From Azolla caroliniana (taxonomy: Eukaryota; Plantae; Polypodiophyta), in NCBI GenBank assembly GCA_043228905.1, contig JBHGNT010000002.1:23498001-23562000 (forward strand): a stretch of 64,000 nucleotides of DNA, in the 5' to 3' direction. The notes below the pieces were generated by a model. The model was not told the origin of the DNA, did no database searches, and was given only the letters and a program-made list of their open reading frames with translations. A program made the position numbers and the translations under genes. Positions 25,162 through 39,441 of the stretch are shown in pieces; within the stretch, counting starts at the first letter, position 1; every line of letters begins with the position of its first letter.

Positions 25162-25639
25162 TTTTGTAAAAAAATACTCCATTGCATATTAAAATTACAC
25201 CTTCCAGCTCCAATTCTTTAAAATTGCCTTATACAATTTTTAGACATAGTTTGGAGGCCAAAAAACTTTGTTTCAAGTTAATACTACTTATATGATGGAT
25301 AGGATTTTCGAAGACATTTGAATGATCATGAATGTCCAATATTTCCTTAATCATATCCATAAAACATCATAGTGCATAAGGAAATCTAAACACTACTTAT
25401 GTTAATTAGGATCAAAGTAATTGTATTTTTACACACCTAGGATTAGGTGTTTAAGTAAGGACAAAACGTTAACTAATCAGTCAAATGCTATGAACCTAGG
25501 CTATTGTTTTACTTTATCCATGTTGGAATAGAGATGGATAAGTTAAAACTATAACACTCCACACTTTATTTGCTACATACTTACCCAATTTTAAAGTTAA
25601 GAAACTCATTAATTTGATTGATCGACCCACTTTTCATGG

Positions 25640-26960
25640 ATCATTTGGTATTCCAAACCTCAAACACTCCTTCAAAATCCTAGAGTCCCCATACGCATAT
25701 GCTTGAGAGCACTATGGTACTAGCCGGAACATGAGAATTGTGCAAATGTATGAAGGCTTCGGTAGGGGCCAATGCAAATCCTTTGCAGAGAAATGTGAAA
25801 ACATATACCTTAGGGTTCTAGAGAATTCTAAAGGTCCCAACTCACAAGAATGGCAAGCTTGTTAAATTTTCAAAATGACATTTTATCTCGTTTTCCATTT
25901 CTTAATGAATGGTGGAATTATCATTTGCTCATCAATTCCATCTATGGTTGAAGAATAAGTGCATTTTTTATTTGCATCTCCATAAAGGACAAGGTTGTCA
26001 AAAATGATAGTTTGGCTTAATAAAAACCCCTTCAAATGCAAAGAATCTGTTTGGCGTATCTTCATCGGTGAGCTCTCACTTGCCCTCTCAAGGTGCAACA
26101 TTTCAAATGGGTCATGTTCTTTTGTGCTACAATTGAGGAAACTCGTCACCATAGGTTGTTATCTTGATCAATGACATGACATATATTGTCTATATTAGTT
26201 AGCTCTATGCAACCACATGTGGTAGTTGTGTTTAACTTTTGTATTTTTCGGAATGTTGGCATAATTGGAATATATTCATGTTTGAATCCCATTCTAGAGT
26301 GCACAATCATGTTATTCATTTGAGAGGTTTCCTTTGGTAGCAATTCAACGCTATAGCCTATGCGTCTTAATACCAAAGATGATTAGGCTACTTGGTATAT
26401 AATTGTCTCTTTAGTTTTCTTGCCCAACATGTAATTGGTTTGTGATTTTCATACAACATAATACTAGCTAGAATTAGCTATTGGAATAGAGAATACATGC
26501 ATAACTTGGTAAGGTTCTTTGATGGAGATAATCACGTTGTCGTACAGTTCATGCTCGATGCGTCGAACCGACGAGGTTTTGTACGATGAGAGTTTGTCAT
26601 GAAAAGCGATAGAGACGAACATGGATAGTGTATGATTAAAGTTGCAAGAGTATATGATAAGGACAAGTTTTATTATATTGAGAATACAAGATTTTACCAA
26701 GTTACAATGCTCGATCACAAAGATAGATACTTTCTCTACCAAACTCCAACTCGAACCTTGACTTCACTTTTGAAAGACGAGACATCCATAGATAAGCTAT
26801 CTTGATTTATTATTTGATTAATTGATTTCTTGATCAATTGTTCATTTAATTGATTCACGGATGCCTTGATGCTTCCTTTTCCTCTATTTATATAGGTGCT
26901 CACATGCATATGTTGTATGTGAGAGGTCATGAGATGCATCCAATGCATGATAGCTATCAT
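25640..26960 (-). mobile_element. Decayed Ty3/gypsy remnant (integrase C-terminal region plus LTR-like sequence)
   Basis: ORF 26146-26376 VLRRIGYSVELLPKETSQMNNMIVHSRM resembles the gypsy integrase tail (I..RIG.VAY.L.LP...IHNVFHVS.L). An LTR-like CG-richer block lies at 26540-26960. Confidence 0.4.
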
Positions 26961-27250
26961 GTTCATCTGAGTTCTTATGAAAATAGATAATGGAATTATG
27001 AGAATATAATTATAAACAATAGTTCATCCATTGGTTTATACCTTGTACTTCAATGTATAGGGTTATAAGTTCAAACCTCACAAATGTTACTTGATATAAT
27101 ATTTGAGTTTATTTTTATGTCATGAAGCAAATGCTTAATGACAACGTCATTTGTTCAAACAACTGCATTTCACAATTGCATTTTGTAAAGTAATGCATAG
27201 ATAGATAGATATCTTCTAACATCCACCGACTTAGGAGACCGATTATGATC

Positions 27251-27253
<3 letters not shown>

Positions 27254-27332
<79 letters not shown>
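27254..27332. repeat. Compound (TG)n(AG)n microsatellite
   Basis: Directly visible. Confidence 0.95.
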
Positions 27333-27335
<3 letters not shown>

Positions 27336-27789
27336 CCACTTTTGGAGAATCTTTTGAAACAAACTAACGTACACATTATACTTTAATTTGAACAAAGTGG
27401 AGGCATCCTTGAAATTGGTTCTAATTAATTGCTATGGAGCCCATAATATTTCTTTGTATGAAGATCCACACCACACAACCTTGTTTGACATGCCCAAATC
27501 ATCATTGTAGCGTGTAATTTCCTACTAACTTCCTAAAGAACAAAAGTAAAATCAATAAGGAACAACAATTAGAGTTAAAATTACCAAAATGTGGTCATGG
27601 TATGTGGAAAAGGTAAGAACATTGTGCATAGGAAAAGAAGGACACCACTAGGGAAATGGATTGTAAAGTTATTTTGTCACCTCCCCGTAGTGATGAAGGA
27701 ACAAAAGTTTTCATAGGTTGTTGAACCAAAGAAATATCTTATGAAGTTTGTGATATATATTTTTATTTATTTAAATAAAGATTCACCTT

Positions 27790-28085
27790 GGTATTAATGG
27801 AAAGATGCCCAAAGGCTACAACAAATTCATACAATAGATTATTGGCTCATATTGACCTCTCAGAGTATGTAAGAGCATTAACCATATCTCTTTGACTAAC
27901 TCAACCGCATTTTGTTTGACTTTTTGAAATACACATTTACATCTAGCCTTCCACAATACCCAAACTACTAAAGATGACATCGTAGACCAGACCTTGTCCT
28001 CTTCCAAGCAACGAATTGTTGTAGTATATGAGACCTCCAATACATGTCTTCCATCGGAGAGGTGAAGTTTGTGATATTTCATAGA
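27790..28085 (-). mobile_element. L1-type LINE ORF2 C-terminal fragment
   Basis: WSTMSSLVVWVLWKARCKCVFQ matches the plant L1 ORF2 W..W..RN..IF motif. A related fragment lies at 62990-63341. Confidence 0.65.
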
Positions 28086-31000
28086 GTACTAGAGTATTAT
28101 TGATGGTATTTACTTATCCTATGCCATTTCACATTGTGTCCAATTTGAATAGTATATTTTTATGATAGTAAAGAAGAACAAGGAAAGAAATATGAATAAC
28201 ATTATCCTAACACAATGATTTTCTTAGTTAATTATCGATCGAATGAAAGTTGGATGGAGTAGAGCCAAGTGTTTGAATCTAAATGAACTATATATCTAGT
28301 CTAAATAGGTTGCAAAGTCAGCCTAATAAACGTAATGTCACATGGGTGGTTCAATTTATGCAATATGGTGTGGGGTTTGTGGATGAAGTATATCTCCCTC
28401 TAGACTAATAGGCATTAGGCACAAAGATATTGACCCACGACGCCTCCATGGAGTAAATGAAGTTCTTCATCACACTCAATTATGCTTTTATTAATGAAGG
28501 CAAGTCTACTTGTTGATCAAACTAGGGACTCAAGTGAGAGTACACACGTGTGGGAGAAATAAAGAGACGAGTTGACCACTAATCCAAGATTATAACTCTA
28601 GTTTAAGAGAAAAGGGGCACATAACAGAGAGATGATTCACGACATGAAATTTGGATATGCCAATTTAATTGCCCATAGAGGACAAACGTAAGGCAAATAT
28701 TAACTAATGGCTTGACACATTCTATGCAAATGAAATGAAGATACCATGCATAGAAAATTGGTGGTGTTATTACCCCACTCATCAACCTAATGACAAGATG
28801 TATATAATGGCACATAACCATCCCCCATCTCAACTCTACCTACCAAAAAGGGCAAAGCAATAGATTTTATAAAACCCTTTCCCCCCAAAACCCAACCTAA
28901 CGAGAAAGGCAATGAACTCGAGGATGTGCATCAATTGTAAAAGAGGGCAAAGGAATTGTTAGGCAAAGCCACTATTCTCTTAATTTAATATGAGAAATCA
29001 TCTCATTTTAAGACCAATGCACACTACCGATTTTCTCCTAAAAATAGTTTGGCAACATTGATATTTTTCCCACAATGCAAGGAGTGAAAACCATAGCATT
29101 GCCCCTTGGAAAAGCAATGCTCGAAATGTTAATCATACATATTGCATAGAGTATAAAGCATTCAACGCTACAAATGTTAAGCCATTGGTATAATCAACCA
29201 TTCAAGTTAAAATTACCATGCCAAGCTATGCACATATATCATGTTTATATGTCACCCATACAAATTGTGTCAAGATACATGGATATATGCAATTTGACAT
29301 CTAATAGAAGTATCTCTATTGATGAATGTACATGTTCGTGAATTTTGTAGGCATGTGGCAAGTGGATACTAAAATACATAACAAAGCATGTTGTCTGTGT
29401 GGATGAATTGTGCACATGATGTTTGTTTACGTAGATAAGATCAACTACATATATTTTAATTGCATACAAAATAATCGTCTTAATATAATGCACACACGGC
29501 TTAAGCTTTTTGATTTTACATTAGAACCATGATATGTATTATTGCTTCTTATTGGAATTCAATATGGTTCATCACTTCAAACTTCACTTCAAACTCCACT
29601 TTTTTTAACTATTCCCTACACATTCATTCTATATTTTTGCACAAAGTGTATGATTTTCTAGCATCAAATTTGTCTCAAACATGTACGCATTAAAGGTCAT
29701 GTTTTCTCCAATTAAAACAGAACATGACACATAACATCAAAACAACTCTCCAAAAAGTTTTGATGTGAACTCTATTCTACATAAACTCATGTTTCATTTT
29801 CACATACCTTCTACAACTTGCACAAATTGTAGTCGTTGTTTGTTTTTACACGCTTAAAGCCTTTCATTGTCCCATTATAATTTATCCTTGTGTAGATGAT
29901 CGATTCGGGGAATCTAATTATTTACATTGTGACAAATACAATCAAGCCAACATTTTTTGTCTACATAGAATGCTTAAAGACACATTTGTATACTTGAATT
30001 CATTGTGTTACCTTCAAAGTTAGAACATTTTGTCCATGTAACTCACTATAAACAAAATTGTGAAAACTTAACGTCTAATTCAGAATTTTAAGAATGTTTT
30101 TGGAGGCACAATGTGAAAAAACAATATGATTCTCACTTGTCAATGGCTAATTCTCACAAGAAATGTGTGCAATCTAGAAAATCTCGTTTTAAGTTTTCAG
30201 GGTTTATTCCGCTCAATATGGTCATCTATTTATCATGAAGCACTCAATGCACATTAATATCAGAAAGATACGATTCAACAAAAAAAAGTATACAATGGAT
30301 AAGTTAGGTTTCTTGTAATTTGCTATAAAATAAAAACATGCAAAAAAGAATTCCTTGAACCTTGCAATCAAAAAACGTATGTGATTCCTTACTTTTATGA
30401 CTATAATTAAGTATTAGTTTGTGGAAACAAAATGTTCTTAGGTTCTCACATTAGGATTTCTCTGTGTGACTTGTACAAATTTGATGCTTTTATGGTTGCT
30501 CTTACAACAAAGCTTGACAAGTCTCTCAATTGTGTGTCGACAAAATATCTTTGCCTTTTGAAGATACCAATCAACCATAAAGTAATTTGGTTGACTATGA
30601 AATGACGACTCTTGTTTATGCTCATGAAGAATAAAAGAAGATTCAAAATGGGCACAACCTTATCTTATGTGATTCTTTTATATGGGGGGTTATATACTAT
30701 ATGTCATAATCGATAGTTTTGACATATGTGATCTTCTGACCACTTTATTCAACGAAGATGGTTAAGAAAGAGGTGGGGGGGTTGTGAGTAAATTATATGC
30801 CTAGAATCTTCGTAGACTTGTAGATGCTAGCAATGATTGTTAGTAGAAGACGTCATGTGTGTAGTGGTTTTCTTCAACTTGCCAATACTTAAAACCCACA
30901 CCAAAACGGATATTTGACAAGCACAAATATCTTTTGGATTATGGTGTACAAGCTTTAATAGATAGGCACAAGCGAATCGAATCGCAATGTTAAGATGGTT

Positions 31001-31309
31001 ATGGTTTCTTTTCAAAACATTTATTACTCTCTTTTATCCAAGTAAGAATTGATGAGTTAAATGGATGAGTTGGTAAAAGAAATCTCTTTGGTTCTTTACG
31101 TGAGTGGAATCTAAAACTAGATGATGTCAGCAAAAAGAATCATGTCGGAAGGCTACTACATATATCAAGGAAATAACTCACTGGGAATGGATGAGAGGGG
31201 TAGGGGAATGTCGTCATTGTAACATTTGGGAAAACTATTACTCAAATGAGGGGAGTCGAACAATTTGATCCAAGACATGTTAGAAGAATCTATAGGATAA
31301 TGTTGCCGC

Positions 31310-31311
<2 letters not shown>

Positions 31312-31391
<80 letters not shown>
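31312..31391. repeat. (AG)n microsatellite, ~40 units
   Basis: Directly visible. Confidence 0.95.
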
Positions 31392-31393
<2 letters not shown>

Positions 31394-32532
31394 CTAAAAA
31401 GTTGGATGCTTTAGGGAAATGCGGGTGGTACATGATATGAATGGATGGTGTTTATGTGGAGACTTGGTGGGGACAGGCCCGACTTTGAATTCACTCTCCA
31501 TCACAAAATGGCTTTTTAGAAAAGGTAAGGGAATATGCTAACCAAATAAAGTCAAGAAGCATGAGGGACGTGCACGAACATGTGCAATAATATATTCATG
31601 GGGATGTATGCGCAAGAACCTACATTCTAGTAATGTATAGCTCGAAACTACATTATTTTCTGGATTAGTGTGGGAAGAAGACCTCGTGAATCTTAACATT
31701 GTGTGGTCGCATATCCTTTAAGCATGATTCGCATGCTTTAGTGATCACGAAAAGAAGCATTCATATGGTATGAATACGACAAACACAGGAAATATTCCAT
31801 GTGGGAATATACTCATTTGGTACAGTTAAAAATAAAAATATCTATAGTTGCGTTTAAACAATTCCAAGAACAATCATGAAGGAACTTTTTACAAAGGAAA
31901 AAAAAAATCCGGTAATGTTATAGTTCTTTACATGGCATGTTCTTATTTAAAAGGGTTGCAATAAAACCATAGCTTACAAGCTATAAACTTATTCTTCTAT
32001 ATTTGTGACGTTTTCTAGCAAGTTTTTCATTGTAATTAAGATTATATCACCACAATCACCAAATGTTCACTTAGAAAAGAGAACTTAACACATTCATTGT
32101 AATTCCAAAAATCTATCAATGATGAGGACAAATTGGTGTGATGGAATTGAGCATCCTTCTATTAGAATTGCATATTCACAAACATAGGTAAGCAAACCAA
32201 AAGAGCACAAAACTTTTCAACAAATTTTTGTAATCTTTGCAATACTCGAGTCACACCACAAAAATAGTGGAAGGGGTGACCTTGAAGACATAACATAATT
32301 ATTATAAGTACGAACATAGCTACTTTTAGGAGTAACAAAACATTCACAAATCTTAGGTATTGCAAATAGCAAGTTCGAACCCTTGTATTGCTAGAATTAG
32401 TATGACCATGCCAAACTTGGGGCCTGACAAGCATACACCAACTACATGTATATAGTCCACAACACAATCAATGACCATGCCTATGTTCAACCCAATATAT
32501 TTGTTGGCCAAATTACAAATTGTGTAATATAG

Positions 32533-32566
32533 TGTGGTGTGCATGTGTTCTTATGTGCATTTCACA
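32533..32566 (+). mobile_element. 34-bp 'ends-only' LTR derivative of the 1829-3287 family
   Basis: tgtggtgtgcatgtgttc (LTR 5' end) is fused to ttatgtgcatttcaca (LTR 3' end), flanked by a perfect 4-bp TSD ATAG (32529-32532 and 32567-32570). Confidence 0.85.
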
Positions 32567-34852
32567 ATAGTTTGCCCACAAAAAAGGGACAACTTGATAA
32601 TCCCCATTAGTGTCTTTTCATCTTAACAAAATATTTTCAATCAATTTGTCGGAGATATTTATTAGAATATCACCAAGAGCATGGAATGGCCTCATATCAC
32701 ACTTTAGAAAACTCCTTTTTTTGTTTGATTGCAAGTCATCACTCTATTGTGTTGTATGATTGTGATCAATCTACTAGTGAATTTTAATTTGGTAAGCTTT
32801 TGATGAAAAATATATAGGTTAATTTCTTGTGATGAAACAAACCTTTGTTTCTTTTTCTTTTCACAACAGCAAATTCAATTGCATCAACAAGAGATACAAA
32901 TATATTTGTCTTGATGGAAACACCATGTTGTGGAAGAGATATTCTCATTAAGCCTACGAGCAATGAACATTGTCTTCTTTGTTCTAGCAATTGTCCCCGT
33001 CATTTTGTGCTTAAGGGGTAGGTTGAGAAGAAAAACCTTTCAAACTTGTGGGAAAAGCACCATATTTTGTGATGTGTAGACAAAGGGGATAGTAAGTAAC
33101 AAAGATAGAGAAAAATGCGAAAGAGGTTACATTCCCTACGAGTGCTTTGCAAATACAACTGAAACATATTTTTGTACATGAAAGATTGTTTTAAAGGGTG
33201 CCTTGTTTTAGTTGTCTTTGACAATATATTGCATCAATAATCTCAAATTTCCTCTTACTACATAGAAGTCTTATTGAAGGAGACTTCCATCTAACCATAC
33301 TTATGAATTTCACTATAAAGATGCCCTATTGTTATATACAATTTCATGAGCCCGGGTTGTAGAAAACTGAAATTTACATGTTCATCAAGACATTGAATAT
33401 CATTCAAGAATGACTAGACCAATTGTTGTATTCGAATAATAGGTAATACAATATATTTACCTCTAGTTTCTAGGTTCTTCTTGACATACAAAACATCAAA
33501 GGCACAATGCCATTGTGGCATAATGGTAAATCTTGAGATTCTTAGCATGAAAGTTGTGGGTTCAAGCAATGAAACAATGGTCTAATACTTTATCTTCATC
33601 ATCCACATGAATGTATTGTATGTTAGTCATGATGTCAAAACATGATGAGGTGAGAATATTTGGGTGTGATGCACTTTAACTAAGATTGAATTCTCGAGGT
33701 TCGTATGAGAAGGTTTGTGTGCATTGGAGGAACCAATCCTAGAGGAAACAACATTACAACCATAAGCATATGTTGCATGGGAGATTGGTCAACATTCAAG
33801 GATCATATTGCTAATAGACAAATCACTTGGCACTATGGCATACATTAAGTAGAACACATTCTACCTGTTAGATTAGGATTTCTAGTTCTAAAAAAGCCTT
33901 ACAGGCATGCCCATTAGAGGTTCCATGCATTGAACAACTATTGAATAATGGAAGTTGATATTACTCCTCTAGTAATTTTGTGTGTATATACATAGCGAAG
34001 TCATTCAATGATAATGATAAAGAACACCTTAGCAATTACACCAAAGGTTGAGCCTAGAATCCCCAATTTTGCGAGCCAAGAAGAAAACATATGAATGTCA
34101 ACCACGTCCCTCACATCCATCTCGTCATTAAATCAATGCCATCATCGGTCAACACAAGGGGCATTTCCCTTGTTTTGGGAACATCTCCATCTTGGATTGA
34201 TTGATGAGATTGGAAATATTTTCAAAATTTTGTCAAATTACTTTTCTCTAAACATATGTGGTGGTTTTAGTCGCATCAACAAATATTAGTACAAATCACT
34301 TTAATGAATGTTTAGCTACTAATGTAACCATACGAGTACATTGATAGATAGACTTCAAGTGGTTCGATTTGTTTTTATTTTCTCTGGTAGTTCCAAAAAC
34401 TCTATGCTGGTGGTTTCATTATCCATCCTAGATAAATGGATGCATATCTTACGTATGGACAATTTGCGACCAATGGACAAATGCATAAGTCTTCACATTA
34501 GCTCATAGTAGAGACCAAAAGATCAAGAGACAAATGGTACTGAGAGTAGGGTTGTGCCAACTATGTTTGGAGGGGAGGGGGGGGGACAAATGTTGGAGCA
34601 TAGTGTGACCATGGACTTTAACTCAGCTCGTTTGCACTCTATTGGCCCCACAAATGGCTTAAGACAAATTAGAGTACAAGGCGACATATGAGTCCATCTA
34701 AAGACATCACGTTTGGAGAGAGTTGAAGAGCTTAAGGCATTTGGAAATGCCCAAGATAATAACCCTTTAGAGAAGAACGTGACACAACTCCAGAAACATA
34801 TGAGCTATGAACGAGAAGGGTATATATGAATTCACATCTCCTCAAAGCACAA

Positions 34853-35082
<230 letters not shown>

Positions 35083-35742
35083 GAGCATATTCCAAGCAAC
35101 AAAAGTTCTTTTGATTTTTGGCTTCTTCTTTTTGTTGTGTTTTTTTGTGCTCAAATTACAAATTTGGACCCTTTCTTCCGTTCTTTTTACTTCCTCGCTT
35201 CTCTTCTCATTTCTGCACTCCTCTGTTTTCTATCCTCTCTCAATGAACTTATTCTGATTTCTTATACAGAGCTATAAATGATCAATTTTAACAAAAGAAA
35301 AAGAAAAACAGAAAGCAATTAGGCAAATATATCCCCCCACCCCCAAAAACTAAACAATCCCAAAAAATAAAAAGGCTAAAAGAAATTTGAAAAGGGAATT
35401 TTTATACCTTCTCTCAGACAATAATCCCTTCTGAAAATGCAACATGTTTCTTCTCCTGTCTTTCTTTGGATCCCATTTTTGGTGTTGATATTCCTTCCTT
35501 CTCCACATTACTCATCTCTTGTTTCTCTACAACTACAAGAAGGCGGATAGTACACATACCAAACTGGACATTCAAGGTAACTTGCACTGCTCTTGAACCC
35601 ATTTTTCAATGTATTTCCTTTCTTGTAGTTAATTTCAGCAGGTTTTTAAGATGTCGATAGTCTCTATCTCCAAATACATACTCATAGATATACGTGTTTT
35701 TATGTCCATGCGTATATGTAAATTTGCATATTGATATGTGTG

Positions 35743-35778
<36 letters not shown>

Positions 35779-36316
35779 GATATACATGTCTGTATATGTT
35801 CATGTATGAACGGATGTATGCAAGTGTATGTCTGCCTATATATATAGATAGAGATAGATAGATTATATGATATGAGCAACATTCATTCCTGCAATACACC
35901 CAATAAAGGATGTGAATCACACAATCGTATAATGATTAGAAAAAGCAATGACATTGAAGATTTATCTGTACTTCAGAGTAATATTTTTGTGTTTAGGTTC
36001 ATTGGTACATGTACTTAATATTTTTGTTTTATGGTTCATTTAAACATTTACTTTGTTTGAATCTATTTTATCAAGTTATCATTGATTTGATGCGGCAGGA
36101 TACTAAGCTTGCTACACTTTAGATCAATCATTTGAGATTTTAAATTGGATATGTATATCTATGGATAAGTATGGACATGTATGGACGGGGTATGTATCAA
36201 TATCTATATCTGAGAATGTGTGTATGTATATTATGTACATGAGTGTGTGCGTACATGGAATTCAAGACCAAACAGATGTCTAAAATTAATAATATGCTAG
36301 TTTTGGCCAGTAGGAC

Positions 36317-39300
36317 ATGTATCAGATTGAAAAATGTAGAGCCACAGGGGCAGTCTTTTCACATCAAAGGCAAGATTTTAGTGGGAAAATGCAAGAGTTT
36401 AGTGGAGAAATGCAAGGGAATGCTATATGCAGAGATGGGTCTGTGGTTCTTTCTACAGATCCGAAGCCAAGATTGCGATGGACAGCAGAACTCCATGAGA
36501 GATTTGTTGATGCAGTTTCTCAGCTTGGTGGAGCTGATAGTAAGTCCATGATCTATCATATCATTAGATAGATTAATGCATATTATAAGAGTTAATAAGA
36601 GATTCTTTATAGTAAGTTTTCTTCATAGTTTTTTGAGAAGCCAATTGGCCTGAATTAGCTTACACCTTTCTTTTCTTCAGAATTCACTTACTGTTTTTAA
36701 AATTTAATAGAAATGACAAGAGATCGTTACCTTTATTTACTTCATAGTTAGTGCGTGTTCTCAGTAGCTTACATCTTTCTTTTCGTCATAATTAATGTTT
36801 TTTTGCAGATTGGCTCATCTTTCTTTTCTTCATGATTGTTCTCTCTTTTCAGAAGCTTATGGGGTTGTATTTGCTATGAATTGCTTTTTCTTCATAATCA
36901 ATGTTACTTTCTAGACTCTTATAGGGCTGAATCCACCTTATTTGATAGTGTTCTTGGCAGTTGATATTGTTTGTGAAAGCTTTGTAGGGCTGCACTTATA
37001 GCTTATACCTTCATTTTCTTCATCAAGGTTACTTGTTTTCAAAAGTTGCTAACTTTTAAACCTTCCTCTTCTTCATAATCAATGATTGTTAATCCAAATC
37101 TTATTTTAATGTCTTTTATCACATTTAAAATCTTATTTTAAGGTCTTTTATCACATTTAAAATCTTATTTTAAGGTCTTTTTGTGCTTCTTTGATAGCAC
37201 TAAGTAACTAACAAACATCCGGGTCCCCCTGTAGAGGCCACCCCAAAAGCTGTAATGAAAGTGATGAATGTCAAAGGTCTCACATTATACCATCTCAAGA
37301 GCCATCTTCAGGTTTAGTTTTATGGGATCTATGTGGCGTTTGACCGTGTGTTCTGATACAATTTATACATCATAATCTTACAATGTCTATATATTGTTTT
37401 TGTATAGAAATATCGCCTTGGAAAGCAGCCTCATAGAGAAACCACTCCTGACACTGCTATGCCTGGTAAATAGTTTGTCTTTGAGAGTGGAAAATCACCA
37501 AATCAACCCCAACCTTTTGTGGGTATTTACTGAAATATCACTAAGTTTACAAAACTACTAGAATACCCCTAAGTGTAAGTGCTACTTTTCTAAAACCTCA
37601 GTGGTATTCTACTAAATATCCAACAACTTTGGGTGGAGGTGGGTATCTTGGTGTGTTTTTCTCCCTTATTTTGTTTATGCAGATGGCAATCAACATTCTG
37701 AATTTATAGTAGGAAAAATATTCACTCCAAACTTTGAATTGATCTAAACTAAGTTCAGGAGATTTAGGAGCATCTGGAGGTGCAATTGTGGCTCAAAACA
37801 CACTGAACCCAAATGGTTCTGAGTGAGTAACTCCTCTTCATTTTATGTGATGAATTCGAAGAGTGACTGTTATATTATGCTAAGATTTTTCTTCAAAATT
37901 TTGGATGATTTACTTTATGATTATGCAAAGTGTTTGCATTATTGGTAGGAATAAATGGAATAGCCATATAACAATTTTGCTAAGATTTTTGATAATTTTT
38001 TTCCCCAGTAATGTACATATTACTGAAGCTATACGGCTTCAAATGGAAGTACAGCGAAAGCTTCATGAGCAATTGGAGGTAAAGCTATAACTGATCAAAA
38101 CACCATATTTTACATGTGTACATATGCCCATAATACATCTGTATGGTTATGTATATGCTCATAATATGTTTGTATGGTTATGTGTATCGACATCGTACAC
38201 ATATTTGGTTATGCATTTGCACGTCGTTCTCATGTGTGGCTATGCATATGCACATCGTACATAGTTATGGCTATGCATATGCGCATCAAATGTAGTTATG
38301 GTCATGCATATGCACATCGTACATGTCTATAGTTGTGCATATGCATAACCAAATATGTGTACGATGTGCATATGCACCTCGAACTTGTGTAAGGTTATGC
38401 ATGCTCATCATACACATGCATGATTATGCATATGCTTATCCTAAGTGTGCATGGTTATGCATATCGTAAGCTTCCCTACATATGTATGGTTATGGATATG
38501 CTCATAGTGTGTATATGTGGTTTATGCATCTGATTGTAACACACCCAATACATGTACTCCATTTTTGCCCACCATCTTGCCATGTTTCTTCCTCCCAATT
38601 CTTTGTTCAGGTCCAACGACTCTTGCAAGTGCGTATTGAAGCACAAGGGAGATACTTACAATCCATACTTGAGAAAGCACAACAAACCCTAGCTGGTCAG
38701 ACAGTTACAAATGATGGTCTTGAAGTAGCTCGGGCTGAACTCTCGGACTTAGCAACAAAGGTTTCAAATGAATGCTTGAATCCTAGCTTCTCATTGGTTA
38801 TCTCCGATGTTTCGAACAGTGTTTCCGAACGTCGGGTACCTGAGAATGATCAAGACATTGCGGAATGCTCACCCAAAAGTTGCCTTACTCACGTTACGAA
38901 TGAGAGGTCGGAGCATGGTTGCTCTAGAGATATCTTCCAGAACTTGACAAAAAGGTCGAGATTATTTCTAGGAAATTCGGAAGGGCTTGTTAACCGGAGC
39001 GGCAACGATGAAGAAGATCTGAAACCAAACGAGGGCATTTTGAATGGGGATATTTGCTCCGTAGGCGAAAGGGTATCAAGCTCATTGTGTGGTTGGAATG
39101 CGTCAGATAGAGAGATAGCTCAACATGGGGAAGTATATAGGAATGTGTGTAATAAAACATTTGATTTGGTTGAAGATTTTAGTATAGTAAAAGAAGAAGG
39201 TGAGAAGTGCTTTCGTAGTATTGGGAGGCCAGAGCCTCGCAGAGCTGGCTTATCGGCCGAGCAAGTTCTCACCCTGTCGAACTCGTACAAGAATAGTTTA

Positions 39301-39441
39301 ATAGCAACAGCTGGGTTTGGAAATAAGCTTTCTACTTGCAATCCAAAGATTGGAAAAGGATTGGACTTGAACATGGATAGCGACGTGAATAAAGTGGGTA
39401 TACAGGAATTCGATCTCAATGGCTACATTAATGGAAGTTAG
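36317..39441 (+). CDS. MYB-CC (GARP/G2-like, PHR1-like; MYR/APL/PHL-type) transcription factor. Exons 36317-36539, 37235-37311, 37408-37465, 37759-37822, 38009-38078, 38611-39441
   Basis: SHAQKYF-class Myb domain [59 protein letters not shown]. Coiled coil [46 protein letters not shown] introns with consistent phases. A probable 5' UTR exon ends ~35576. Confidence 0.93.
37488..37665. mobile_element. Small Mutator-like MITE in MYB-CC intron 3
   Basis: ggaaaatcaccaaatcaacccc...ctagaatacccc...gtggtattctac...gggtatcttggtgtgttttttctccc. Same motifs as 6328-6500 and 7826-8012. Confidence 0.55.
38110..38530. repeat. Degenerate ~30-bp minisatellite (ggttatgcatatgcacatcgtaca) with an internal inverted repeat, MYB-CC intron 5
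   Basis: Repeated ggttatgcatatgc units; 38190-38222 is the reverse complement of 38335-38367 with one mismatch. Confidence 0.75.

Noticed and set aside
30400-33400. Decayed gypsy integrase/RT on the minus strand
   Set aside because: Only hints (KWVEAIP-like at ~32690); no continuous frame or boundaries supportable.
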